Below, one piece after another: positions 27,815-39,751 of a DNA stretch of 64,000 nucleotides. The stretch comes from Balanoglossus misakiensis. Taxonomy: Eukaryota; Animalia; Hemichordata. Within the stretch, counting starts at the first letter, position 1. Each line of letters opens with the position of its first letter. The notes under the pieces are model-generated. The model searched no databases and was not told where the DNA came from. It was given only the letters and a program-made list of their open reading frames with translations. Where the stretch lies: the NCBI GenBank assembly GCA_040954595.2, contig CM082583.2, forward strand, positions 12,059,351 to 12,123,350. Reading direction: 5' to 3'. A program made the position numbers and the translations under genes.

Positions 27815-29624
27815 TTAAGAACGGCCCACTGCAGCAACTGCAGTGGAGTTACCGCGACTGCGCTTCCAAAGACGCTCAGCAAATGTGACCACGATCATAC
27901 CAAGAAACAACAGGGTCCCCTGGAGAGAGTTAACAATGTTAAATATGGAGCTGAGAATGTCATTTGTGACAAACGCTTCCACCAGAGCAAGGCTCCAGGT
28001 CAAACCCATCAAAACAAACGTTTTCATGTAGATCGCTAAATAGCGCCCCCAACTGAGCCTATTGGCGCTGGATTGTGATGGCGACTTTAATGTAATGTAC
28101 CACAGGGTCAAAACAAAGCAGGCCAAATTGAAAACAACAACAGCCGCCACAGGGAGAAAGAAAAAGACAAACTGTCCAACAGGTTTTGTAATCCAACAGA
28201 AACCAATCCGCCCATACCCAATTTCTACACTCGACAACTTCTCAAGAGTGACAGCGACGCCCACCACCACAGCCGGAATGAACCACCCAACCAAACAATA
28301 AGAAACGAATCGTTTCCGTCCGTGTGGAACATGGAGGTGAATTCTTACTGACCTGAACGTGCGGCAGACGTCGAAACTTACAACAGCCATCCACAAGAAA
28401 TTGGTCAGCCATGAATAATGCAATATGACAGCCAAATAGAAACACATACTTTCCACTTTGACCAATCCGGTACTGGATACAAACACCACTTGAGCAAGCA
28501 AAATGGCGCTGACCATGTTCAGGATTAACCTGTTTGCGAACGTGCGTAGGTGAGGATTTCTGCAATGAGCAATCAGGTAGGAGATCAGACATACTATGGA
28601 GAGGGACGAACACCCTAGCGTCAGCCATCTCTGAAATTGGTTAGTCGATATGGGCATACATGCAACAGCTGAACCATTGGGAAATATTACAAATGATGTT
28701 ATGTGGTGTAGTTTACCATCTAGACGGAAAACAAGCCCATCTTTGTCAAGGTGGAAATTTGAATTATTTAACACAAACATTTCAGTGGACGCTGGGCATA
28801 CCAGGGGTGTGTTTGTACCGGTGGTATTATCTGAGATGTGTCTGGTGGTATTCCATTGTGTCTGGTTTGTTAATTGGTCGGTAACATTTAACCCAGGGTC
28901 ACCATACTCAGTTGGCATTTCTAGACACTTGTTTGTACCAGGGTCAAAAATCTCGTCTTGTGAACACTCAAAATTATGAGAGAAAGCCTGCACTTCATTG
29001 CCGAACTTCGCTATCATTTCCACATCCCCGCGAAAGTTTATCTCAAACAACATGTTCAGGGGAAATGGTACACGCATGCGTTTATCTGTACCCACGTTTA
29101 TCCCACACGATGGAGGAAAACTTCCAGATCTAAAGCTGCAATGATAACAATGTATATTTTTGTATATTTCCGTAATGGTACCCACACTGGTAACAAGAGA
29201 AAACGCTGACTGACACAATCTCTGCGCTTGTATATACTGCGATGAGTTATCATACCCTGTGACATCACAACTATCTATGATGTCAGGAGCACATGGTCTG
29301 AGCGGAACCCCAGTTGTATCCTTCATAGCTATGAAGAAACTGAACCCCGCCATTGCACTAAATGATTGGTTGGATAAAAGGTTAATTACGGAAGGAACAG
29401 TTTGCGAATTGTTTACCATGTCCATGAAATCATCACAGTTCGGATCATAGAAACAAGAAACGGCAACATCAAGTCTCCAAAACACCACCTCCGATTGGTT
29501 AACGCCATTGCAAAGTGAACAATACATATTTCGATACACCTTCGGTCCGGCCAACCAGGAAACTGGTATATTTTCTAGTATCAGCCCTGACGGAAAGAAG
29601 CAAAAATGAAGATGCATAAGTTAT

Positions 29625-29722
<98 letters not shown>

Positions 29723-29770
29723 ATCAATCGATCAATCGATCAATCGATCAATCGATCAATCGATCAATCG

Positions 29771-29819
<49 letters not shown>

Positions 29820-29828
29820 CCAATCAAC

Positions 29829-29879
<51 letters not shown>

Positions 29880-30437
29880 CCAACCAACCAACCAACCAAC
29901 CAACCAACCAACCAACCAACCAACCAACCAACCAACCAATCAATCAATCAATCAATCACTAATAAATAATAAATAAATAAATAAATAAATTAATTAATTA
30001 ATTAATATACCTGAAGTGTTTTTTGCTTCACATTTCTTCCTTACGGCGTCATTCTGATATGAGTTTGGACATTTGCCAATCATCCAAACACCATGATCGA
30101 AAAAAACATGAAATCTTTTGCAACTCTCCATCTGGACTAAAGAGCCGTATTCGATGTTCTTGCCAATACTGTTACCATCAGCTGATTGGTTCTGACAAGC
30201 CTCGTTGTAGTCATGGCAACAGTCGCCGTATTGCAGGCACATTGGGTCGCAGCTGCAAGTCCAGTACTTGTAGATGTTGCGGTTGAGATCTGCCATTCGA
30301 TCGCACACAGGAGTATCATTGGCCGCATAACAGGAGTAGAGATCCTGTGATGGGTTTATACGGGATGGGCAGTATTCGTCATCCCAGACGGCAAAAGCAC
30401 CAAATGGTAGAAGCAAAATTGCAAGAAACCCCAACAT
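27815..30437 (-). CDS. Family-B (secretin/adhesion/Methuselah-like) 7TM GPCR with N-terminal somatomedin-B domain, about 732 aa; exons 30437-30011 and 29586-27815
   Basis: Signal peptide [16 protein letters not shown]; SMB motif [21 protein letters not shown]; Cys-rich ectodomain with many N-glycosylation sequons; 7TM with family-B motifs ([45 protein letters not shown]). The phase-1 GT-AG intron 30010-29587 joins the two ORFs in frame. Confidence 0.9.
29623..30005. repeat. Compound tetranucleotide microsatellite (ATCA/ATCG/ACCA/AATA/TAAT) filling the GPCR intron
   Basis: Directly visible; about 380 of the 424 intron bases. Confidence 0.95.
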
Positions 30438-30745
30438 ATTTGACCTAAAAAATGATTGAACAATGATATCATAGCAATATACAGAGACACGTGAGGGAAA
30501 AGGGTTAAATCTACTCTGTGCTTCATAATTAAAAGCTCTGTACAGATGTTTGGAAGCTTTGCAGCAATTTCGTCCAATCTGCCTATACCGAACTGAATGG
30601 TTAATGTATATATCATCACTTACCAAGTTTTTTTCTCGTGTGTAGGAGATGATGTCTTCTTTGCCGCAGGTGCACAGCAAATGATAATTTGGAGAGAAAT
30701 GTGATTTTTTAAAAGCAATCCACCAACACGTCAAATGTATCCACG

Positions 30746-31207
30746 TGTCCATCAAAAATGTGTCAAAATTGTCTGCCAGACGATCAACCCAATCAATAAG
30801 TGATAATTTAATTTGAGTACACTTGAAGTTGGCTCTAACTTTCTTGGATGAACACCTTAGCCAATTAACATTTCACGGATGAACTTTCACAGCACAATTT
30901 TATCCTTCGTGTGTCATTTCAAAATGCCAAATGTGTCAAGTGTCCATCAAAAAATGTGTCGAAATCGTCGACCAGCCCATTCGTTAAGTGATAATTTAAT
31001 ACGAGTACACTTGAAGTTGGCTCTAACTTTCTTGGATGAACACCTTAGTCAATTAACATTTCACGGATGAACTTTCACAGCACAATTTTATCCTTCGTGT
31101 GTCATTTCAACATGCCAAATGTGTCAAGTGTCCATCAAAAAATGTGTCGATATCGTCGACCAGACGACCAAGCCCATTCGTTAAGGGATAATTTAATTTG
31201 AGTACAC
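30746..31207. repeat. Tandem direct repeat, unit about 188-197 bp, about 2.4 copies
   Basis: tgtccatcaaaaa recurs at 30746, 30941 and 31129; gagtacac recurs at 30815, 31003 and 31200; long near-identical stretches lie between. Confidence 0.9.
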
Positions 31208-31343
31208 CATCAGGAGACTAAACTGACTAAAGAGATAATAAAAGAAAATTTCTTACTATATTTGATAACTAAATGGAAAAAATAACGAGAGAGAGAATGA
31301 TATCCGCAAGATGACATCTTCATTTATTTTTTTTGGTAAACAG

Positions 31344-31351
31344 AAAAAAAA
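31344..31351 (-). terminator. RNA polymerase III terminator (T8) of the tRNA-Gly gene
   Basis: Eight T residues on the minus strand, 7 nt downstream of the tRNA 3' end. Confidence 0.8.
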
Positions 31352-31358
31352 GGTAGCG

Positions 31359-31429
31359 TGCATCGGCCGGGAATCGAACCCGGGCCTCCCGCGTGGCAGG
31401 CGAGAATTCTACCACTGAACCACCGATGC
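31359..31429 (-). tRNA. tRNA-Gly-GCC: tRNA-Gly (anticodon GCC)
   Basis: Reverse complement GCATCGGTGGTTCAGTGGTAGAATTCTCGCCTGCCACGCGGGAGGCCCGGGTTCGATTCCCGGCCGATGCA is a canonical 71-nt metazoan tRNA-Gly with intact A and B boxes. Confidence 0.98.
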
Positions 31430-33029
31430 GATTCACATACCCCGACGATATTCCATTGATTTTAAAATATGAAACAGTAACTAGTACGCATGCTTTTTAT
31501 TTTTATTTTAGTGTGCTGTATGTAGAGTCTCAGTTATTTAATACATGAATAATACAGAGAACAAGAGGCATGCTGTTTTTAAATCCCCCATTCTTTTCAG
31601 TGATCGATGTGTAAAGCAGGGGTGTACTGTTAACCGTAGAGGGCGTTGTTTCTATTGATATGTTACCATATGACTCACGAGTAAATGAATACAAAACCAA
31701 TTCATGTGTCCGGTGCGTTGGAATCTGGAGTGTACGCGACGATGGACAAAAGGAGGGTGAAATAACACAGTAAGACGAAATATTTCCATATAGATATGTC
31801 ATTCGCCCTACCTGTATTGGTATGGACAACGACGGTTGTTGTCAATGCCAACGGTTGATAAGCGTATTATGTGAGTAATACAGTAGCATTTAGGCTTAGT
31901 AATGTCGTCAAAATTACGTTTTAAAAGACATGTGTTGAGTGTAGGGCAAATGTTTAATAGTCATGATCCTTTTGCACGCCAGGATATACTACACTTTTCA
32001 TTGCTTAGCAAGGCACCATTACTGAATACGGAGCGATCGCGATGCCACGACGACAGGTTTAACCTGTATATGCACATGATGCAGTTGGGTGAAAGCGTCG
32101 TTCGAAAGCAACAATGGTGGCGCTGTGACTATAGCAGCAGCTAAGCAGAATCCTACTTCAGTCCGCAAAACGAGCATCATTCTGTGTCATGGGATATGAA
32201 TACAAAGACGACCTGAATTGTTTTCATTGTGTGACATGTCAGACGACACGCCTGGAGGGGGGCTGTTGTTATGATACAAAACATACGCATTCAGACTACA
32301 CACAGTCCCACCTCAGACAGGCCCAGTACATGTACTACAGTACAGACCGCAGGGCTGTGAAACTCGAAGCTTTGGCCTGTCGTCTGTTATTTACATAGTG
32401 GACGAGTAGGTTCTCGGCGAAGGTAAGTGCTTGGAGTAGCCGAACATAGGATGCTTTTCGTGGCATGGATATCGGTTTCCACGGAGACATATAGTCAGAA
32501 AAATAACCTTTAGGGCCTTTTATATAGACGTGACCTCCATATATCGGACCTATTGTTATTTTGAGCAAGGATTCGACTGAGTAACGGTGAAGCCCTATAG
32601 TGAATGCTCGTATAAGACAGTAAATTTGTTGTTAGGGCAATGTCGTCAGTACAGTCCAACCTTCGCTTCCCAGCAACGCGTCAGTAGGCAGAGTGGTTGA
32701 CTATCAGGCCTAAACCTAAGCTTATATCATGTAAATTACCCCAGAGACTTAAATAACAATGGTAGTTCCCGCTATGTATGTCTGTCTGCTGCTAGAAACT
32801 CCCCACACAACACATGCATATCACCAGCTATACACATTGTTATGCAAAACGGCCCACCCCAACCTACATTCCACCACCTGTGTACCTGTATATAAACGCG
32901 CCTTCCCCCTTGCATTTTCGCCAGTTTAGTCTCCTGATGATATGTCATATTGCTTTCGTATTTTATGTAAAAACAGCTCTATTACGTTTAATTTTCAGAT
33001 TCCTGAATATCGTGTGAAAATCTTTGGAG

Positions 33030-36000
33030 ATGGGTTCCAAGCCGAGCAAAGTGACCGAAGTGAATGCAGTGAACGCGGAGAAATCGCCCCCTCCCGATGT
33101 GGTGGTTAGTAACACTGGTGCCTCCAACGGGAAGGCGGACGTAGTCAAGGAAACGGCCGGCCCGGGGGACGCTGCAGATGACGAGGGCGGCGGGGATGAC
33201 GACGAGCCGGAACCGGACAATTCGGTGCTCGACGAGGACGTACGGCGCCAGATCGAGGACAGCAAAGAAATCTTCACGAAGCACGCCGACATCATCAAAT
33301 CGGAACTGAGTGCGGAGGCGTCTGAAGAGGGCGCTCTTGACACTGACAAAATCGTGAAATCGTCGAAGGTCATCGGCGGCCTGTATTTCAAACTGAAAAA
33401 GAAAAAGCTGGCCAAAAGACGGGTCTATCGAATATCGCTGGCGCAGTACATGGTCGAGACGGGAGGGATGGTCGTTATTGTGGACGCTATCCGGAAAGCC
33501 ACCTCTCATTGGTGGAGAGACCAGAATGACCCGGAATACAAAGGCAGTGTGGGCTACTATAATATTTTCTACTTCGCAACACAAATTCTGTGGAACTTTT
33601 CGGACTCGGTCGACGTGTTTGCCAAATGCATCGTCGACGAAGGAATAATGGGTGTGGTGGAAGAAGCCATCGACAAGGAATACCAGTACGCGATGGCACA
33701 GTCCATTGATCTCGTAAGTTCCCGTAATATTATTACTTTATGCAAAGATTTCCTTCCCGAGAATACCGATCGATGATATCATCGAAAAGTAGCAGTCTCC
33801 CTGGCAGTGCGCCACCATTGTTTTTGTGTTACGGAAATGATCATTTTTCCTTTTTTGCCCTAGAAATCTAAAAAAGTTGTGAAAGCCTGTTTAGCGATCA
33901 CCGCAAACTGTGCCTTCCACGAGCTCTCCCGAAGTGCAGTCAAGGAGTCGAAGATTCTCGACCTCCTGGCGAAACTCCAAAACACTGGCTTCGGCGAGCT
34001 CGACATCTACTTCGTGCTCGTCCCGGCGTACATCGTCAACGAGGAGCAGAGCAAAGAGCTGTTCCACGATGAGGTCATCCTCGGCAAAATCGTCGATCAC
34101 GTGAGAAAAGCCACCAACGACAAGACGAGGCGGAGCCGGGGATTCTCGGTCCACGAGTTGTGCGTTTGTAAGTACAGGTCTATATACTGGCAGTGCCAAA
34201 TGTGTGTTAGTCATACTATACCAGACCGTTTAATCCAACAGGTGCTGGCGCTACTTGCAAGTACATGTATTGCTAACCTGAGGACGACAACACGTGGATA
34301 TTTCTAAATGTATACATGTACTATAGTCCAGTCTACATTAAACCGTAGTTAACTCTCCCTAAAATCACTAACCCAATCTTGGTTTCTGCTTTCACAGTGA
34401 TCGGGCGACTTGCCGTGAATGACGCCAACAAAGCTACTCTGACCAAAGTGGGAACAGAACCGTTACTGATAGACGTTGCGCAAAGAGGCAGTGTTTTAGA
34501 GAGGATTGGTAGGTAGTATTATGTCGCACTGAAATTCTTATTTTAGTAATTATGCAGATTTCCCGCGAAGATTGTTCCATCATTCGATTACATAATAGTG
34601 GTTTCCTTGCTTTCTTTTGTTTTCTTTTGTTGCACACTGGCATTTGACAACTTTTCGGGTCACACCATCACGCGACAGTTCACCGCACTTTCTTTTTTCC
34701 AGCCGCCCTGGAAGCATTGAGACATCTGTCCTTCTCGGACAGCAAGTCCATCCTCCGAGACTCCATCGACGTCTTCCAGGAACTTCTTAAAAACGACAAC
34801 AAGAAAATACGCAAAGCGGCGGAGGGCATTCTGTGGAACGTCGAAAACGCCAGTAAGTATAGCTAGCGTGTATCTAAAAGTACCCGTACGTGTGTACCCG
34901 AGAAAGTAAAGAAAACGTCGTGTAGAGGCCAGTTTTCACCTGAAATGTTGCTCGTATCTAAATGATTTCAGAAACCAGAGATTCGAGTGCAAGTCACGAC
35001 AACAAGGAACCCCATGTGATGATCAGCTATCAGTGGGATTGCCAACCGAGAATGATCAAATTTAAGGACATATTACAGAATTTCGGATACAAGGTGTGGA
35101 TGGACATTGAGAGCATGGAGGGGTCGACGCTGGAGGGAATGGCCATGGCTGTTGAAAATGCCGTCGTTGTCTTTATGTGCATGTCGGAGAAGTACAAGGA
35201 AAGTGCCAACTGTCGCATGGGTAGGTTTAACCTTACATAGGCCTGATAAAGTATTTACGGACGTTCAAAGTTGCCTTGTACGCGGCTTAACACAATCTTC
35301 CCAGGGTATGGTTATACTCTAGCTGTTGAAATTCAGTGGATTTGATCTATCTAAGCTGATGCCAGTATTTTGGGTGAAAGCGTTCTTGTCTCCAGATAAC
35401 TAAGTACATGTATGTAAAGTTTCTGCTGTTTTTGATTATTTGACAACTTATGATTCTTGACAGTGAGTTCTATGGTCTGCGACTCCCTCCCTTCGAATAC
35501 GAGTTGTTTGATTATTGTGCACGTATATTTGTTTTTCATCCAGAGGCCGAGTATGCTTTCCAAATGAAGAAGGAGATAATTCCATTAATGATGGACGATA
35601 ACTATAAACCAGACGGGTGGCTTGGTTTTCTCATGGGAGCCAAATTGTACTACAAACTCGTTCAGGACAGCGACTTTTCCGACATCGGCGAGAAGCTGTC
35701 CAGAGTTATCGGCGAGAAGGGGAAGAAATCGGCGCTACCCGCCGCGGAAGCCGTCAACGTTGAGTTGACAGACAAATTTGATGACATCCTTGGCGACATG
35801 GAGAAGCTCGTCAAAACCGAGATCCTGCTGAAGCAGCAGAGTTACCAGGAGACCGTGCAGAAGCTGAAGGCGGCCGTTGCCAAGGGCGACTACAACTCCA
35901 TGGAGACCACGCGCCCGGCGCTCTTCACCATCGCTTCCATGTACAGCCAGTTGAAAAACCACAGCCTCGAAATCAGGGCGAAGTACAAAAACGTCCTCCT

Positions 36001-39000
36001 GCGGACGTTCGTCGACGAGGGCGGGCTCGATGCGCTGGTCGCCTGCGTGCACTACAGCGTGGATCACGGGTGGAGGACAGAAAACGGCGCCGTCGACGAG
36101 GCCTACTGGAAACCCTTCAACACGGCCATATCGACACTGTGGAACTTCACCGACCTTAGCGGCGATTTGTGCAAGATGCTACTCCAGAAGGAGATTCTGA
36201 TGTCTTTCCGCAAAGTTTTAGAATCGGAAGGCCAGATTTATGTGAATGACGAGGCCAATGCTGTAAGTTCTTCGCGCAGTTATAGTTTGAACGTACATCT
36301 GAAGTTCGAAGTTCCATTTTCTTTCTTCCAATCGAACGGGATAATTTCATGAATGATGGCGGATAATTACAACTGGCCGATTGACTATTAATAATATTTC
36401 ATCTCTCTATTTTATTTCCAGATTGCAGGCCGAGCTGTGCGGTCGTGTCTCGCGTGCATCTACAACAGCTGCATGCACGACGAGTCAAGAGGCATTGTTC
36501 GAGAAGCCAACGTCGTCGACGAGTTCCTGTCTCCGCTGCTGGCGTTGAAGAGCGAGCAGCCGAGGACGTACATGATTTTCATCATGGCCTACACCTTAAA
36601 CGAAGAGCAGAGCGAGAGATTCTTCGCCGATGAGGGCCTCATAGGGTACATCGTTGGGCGCCAGACCAAGGCTGCCAATCACGAAAATCACAAAGATGGC
36701 GGCTACACGGCATTGGAGTTAACACGAGGTACACGCTGCCAGAATTAAATGTATCTATCTCGTACAATATATCATGGCGACAGAGTCCTTGGTTAGTGTC
36801 CTTCCTTACACATACTATCAAATAACAATTTTTCGTTGTTTTATTTTAGGTGTCAAGAGATTGGCCGCGAACGACTCCAACAAGTTACAAATCGTCAAAG
36901 CTGGTGGATTGGTTCCGTTGGAATCACTGATGAAAGATGGCGACATCAGTGAAAAGACAGGTATATGATTCATCTAAATTCTCAATAATTTTACACAGTG
37001 ACATATTATAATCCGAACAAAATGACTCTATGTTGATTAGAGAAACATACAGCACAGTACATATCCTTGAAATCCAGAGAAGACAATGTTTTGATACAAA
37101 ACTGACATTGGTGGCTTTTGACAATGCCCCCACTGACTGCACTGCATTGAAGACTGTTTCTCAGCTGGTTTCGTCACGGTTTGTTCACACCGTTGACATT
37201 CAACTAGCATTTCGTGTACTTTGTTATTTAGCGGCGGCAGAGACAGTCTGGGAACTGGCTTTTCACGCTGACAACAAACCAGTGATTCTAGAAAATGCTC
37301 TCGTCGAAGAATTGGAGAAGTACAAAACACACGAAGACCCTCATCTCAAGAAAGCCTGTTTGGGAGCGCTCTGGGTGTTGCGCGGGAAACAGGAGAAATT
37401 TGGTACGAATTAAAACTGTAATTTCGTTATGTATTAAGAATTTTCAAAATTATTATAAATATCCGTAAGTTGTTGTATCAAGGCTTGATATTTTTTACGA
37501 CGTTAAAATTTGTTGAATTGTCTCTTCCCCCAGCGAAGGAATTCGCCAAGCAACTCAAGTTTGGTACGCAGAAAGGGACGGGCGACTCTGAGACTGGGCC
37601 CGGGGACGAGGCTGGAGGCGAGCGTCAACAGCACATAATGATCAGCTACCAATGGAACACACAGCCGCTGATGATCGAGATCAAAGATCGCCTGAAGGCG
37701 GAGGGATACAAAGTGTGGATGGATATCGAGCTGATGGGCGGGTCCACACTGGCAGCCATGGCGGACGCGGTGGAGAATGCGGCCGCCATTATCGTGTGTA
37801 TGACGCAGGAATACAAAGACAGTGCCAACTGCAGAACAGGTTTGTATCCAGAAGAAAACCGAGTGCATTCTTAGACTAGATAGTCTTCAGTACATTTTAA
37901 CCTGCTTCTCAGTTTCAATGGCAACGTGTTCATTTTTCTCGCTACCATCACTTCCAAATTTAAGTTTCGTCGATGACATGGTTACCAGCTAACGACAACT
38001 TAGAACTGCACACTATATTAGATCCACTTCGGTTCAAATAATTTTTCAAGAAACCTCCAGCCTAATTACCTTTTATGTTAATTTTTCACATTTTAGAAGA
38101 TGAGTACGCCTTCCAACTCCAGAAAACCATCGTTCCCGTGAAACCCCTGAGGAACTATAGGCCAGACGGGTGGCTTGGGATGATACTTGGTGCCAAATTG
38201 TACTTCAAATTTTCCGGCCAGGACGACTTCGAGACATCTTTCAGTGCCCTCGTGAAGGAGCTTGGCGAGCGAGGGAAGGCTGGGGGAATGACGTCACAGG
38301 TTGCCCCGAAGAGGAAAGTGCACAGCGCCAGGGGGAAGAGGAAGGAGGCCAGTGTGACTTGGGCGTCGTCTTCCACGACAAACCAGGCGACTGGCGCCCT
38401 CAAGTGGTCAAAAGAAGAAGTAGAGAAGTGGTTGAAAGACAACGACCTTGACATGTGAGTATTTAACGAATATTGAAGCTGGGAATTCGATCACGGCCTA
38501 CCCATGATCTTTTTAGCAGATAATTACACCAAATTCAGACATTCTTGAGAGAGAAAGAGGGAGAATGAGAGAGAGAGAGAACAACACTGAGAACACATTC
38601 GTCATGTCATATGAGGGATTGGAGATGATGTATTAGTATTATTACGCACACTAATTTAACATAAACGATGAACAGTATGTTATAAAAGTGAAAATTCTGA
38701 TACAATGAACCGTTTCGAATTTCATGTATGCTCTTTGTTTCTCCGTATCTTACAGGATGAAGTTAAAAACTCTGACAGGTGAACAGTTAATGTACCTGAG
38801 GGATCTCCGGAGAGAGGTAATTTGTACTTTTCCGTATTTAACAAGCCTCAGCTCCATTCTCTCTTCATCAAATCCCGCTTAAAGGGATAGCTTCTCCTTT
38901 GTAAATGCGCACAACTTCCATGCCTCCGTGTTTCGAGAAATTCACAAGCTACATTTCTGATGGAAACTGCTGACGTGTTGCTGGCACTACTGACAGTATT

Positions 39001-39166
39001 TCAATTTTGGTGATGGCGTTTAACTTCCGGCGTCCCGCTTCTTAATCTGAATTGTCTGTTTGTCTTTCAGGCCCCTGAATTCTTCTATCACTACGTGGAG
39101 ACCTATTTCAAGCTGGTGGACTTGACACAGCTGATGAAATTTACAACATCGCTGGATAAACTATGA
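33030..39166 (+). CDS. ARM-TIR-ARM-TIR-SAM protein (TIR_2-type, SARM1-like domain set), about 1208 aa. Coding exons: 33030-33713, 33864-34167, 34398-34508, 34703-34852, 34972-35220, 35544-36262, 36422-36728, 36850-36960, 37232-37402, 37534-37839, 38097-38454, 38756-38816, 39071-39166
   Basis: All 12 introns are GT-AG with compatible phases, giving one open frame of 3627 nt. Two TIR domains (ISYQW..GYKVWMDIE.M.GSTL..MA.AVENA..SANCR.E.EYAF..Y.PDGWLG...GAKLY). Armadillo-like helical repeats (ILWNFSD, RLAVNDANK, KAAEGILWNV). C-terminal SAM-like WSKEEVEKWLKDNDL..LTGEQL. N-terminus MGSKPS. Candidate non-coding exon donor AG|GTAAGT after 32422 and acceptor at 32998; AATAAA near 39300. Confidence 0.9.
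38547..38580. repeat. (GA)n microsatellite, intronic
   Basis: Interrupted gagaga run. Confidence 0.7.
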
Positions 39167-39751
39167 GTAGAAAACCCCAGGACACATAGACACACCACTG
39201 ATGCTAATAGCACGTGACCAACTTCTGGTTTTGTACGGAGAACTCCAAGTCAGTAATAAGCAAATTATTCTTAGGTGTTTTGACTGATCGTACCAGGAAA
39301 ATAAAACGAATGCACCAAAGATTTAACCTGAAATTAAGACAGTTCCTTTTCCGTCCCATAACTTTTCAAAAGTCTATTCATAGTGTAAATTTATCATTTT
39401 CTATTTTCTATAGATATAACTGTATTCGTGTACCAGGCCAAAAGTCGCCATCTTCTGGATTCTTTTGTTTTATTTTTGTACAATGTAAATTTTTCACGTG
39501 TAATTTATGTAAATTAGTCAATCATAACATCAAATTTGTAAATAACATTTTATAAAAAAAAAATTATTTGATTATGTGTGTGTTTCATGTTTGATCTGTT
39601 GACGACAGGTGTTTGAAAGTAGAAAGAAAATCCACCACAATCTTTATTTTTTTTAAATGATGATTACATAAATTTGTCGCTTCAGAAATATTCAGACGCC
39701 CGCTACCCTACTTCATTTAGACTGGACTTTTTAAAATTTCAAATGTCCAGT

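Noticed and set aside
29606-29962. 118-aa SINQ-repeat ORF
   Set aside because: Translation of the intronic tetranucleotide repeat on the antisense strand.
30438-30755. 106-aa N-terminal extension of the GPCR in the ORF track
   Set aside because: A splice acceptor (tttttag) sits just upstream of the ATG at 30437, which begins a clear signal peptide, so the extension is probably intronic.
32963-36067. Antisense ORFs of 107-198 aa overlapping the TIR gene exons
   Set aside because: Shadow ORFs caused by GC-rich codon usage on the coding strand; no motifs.
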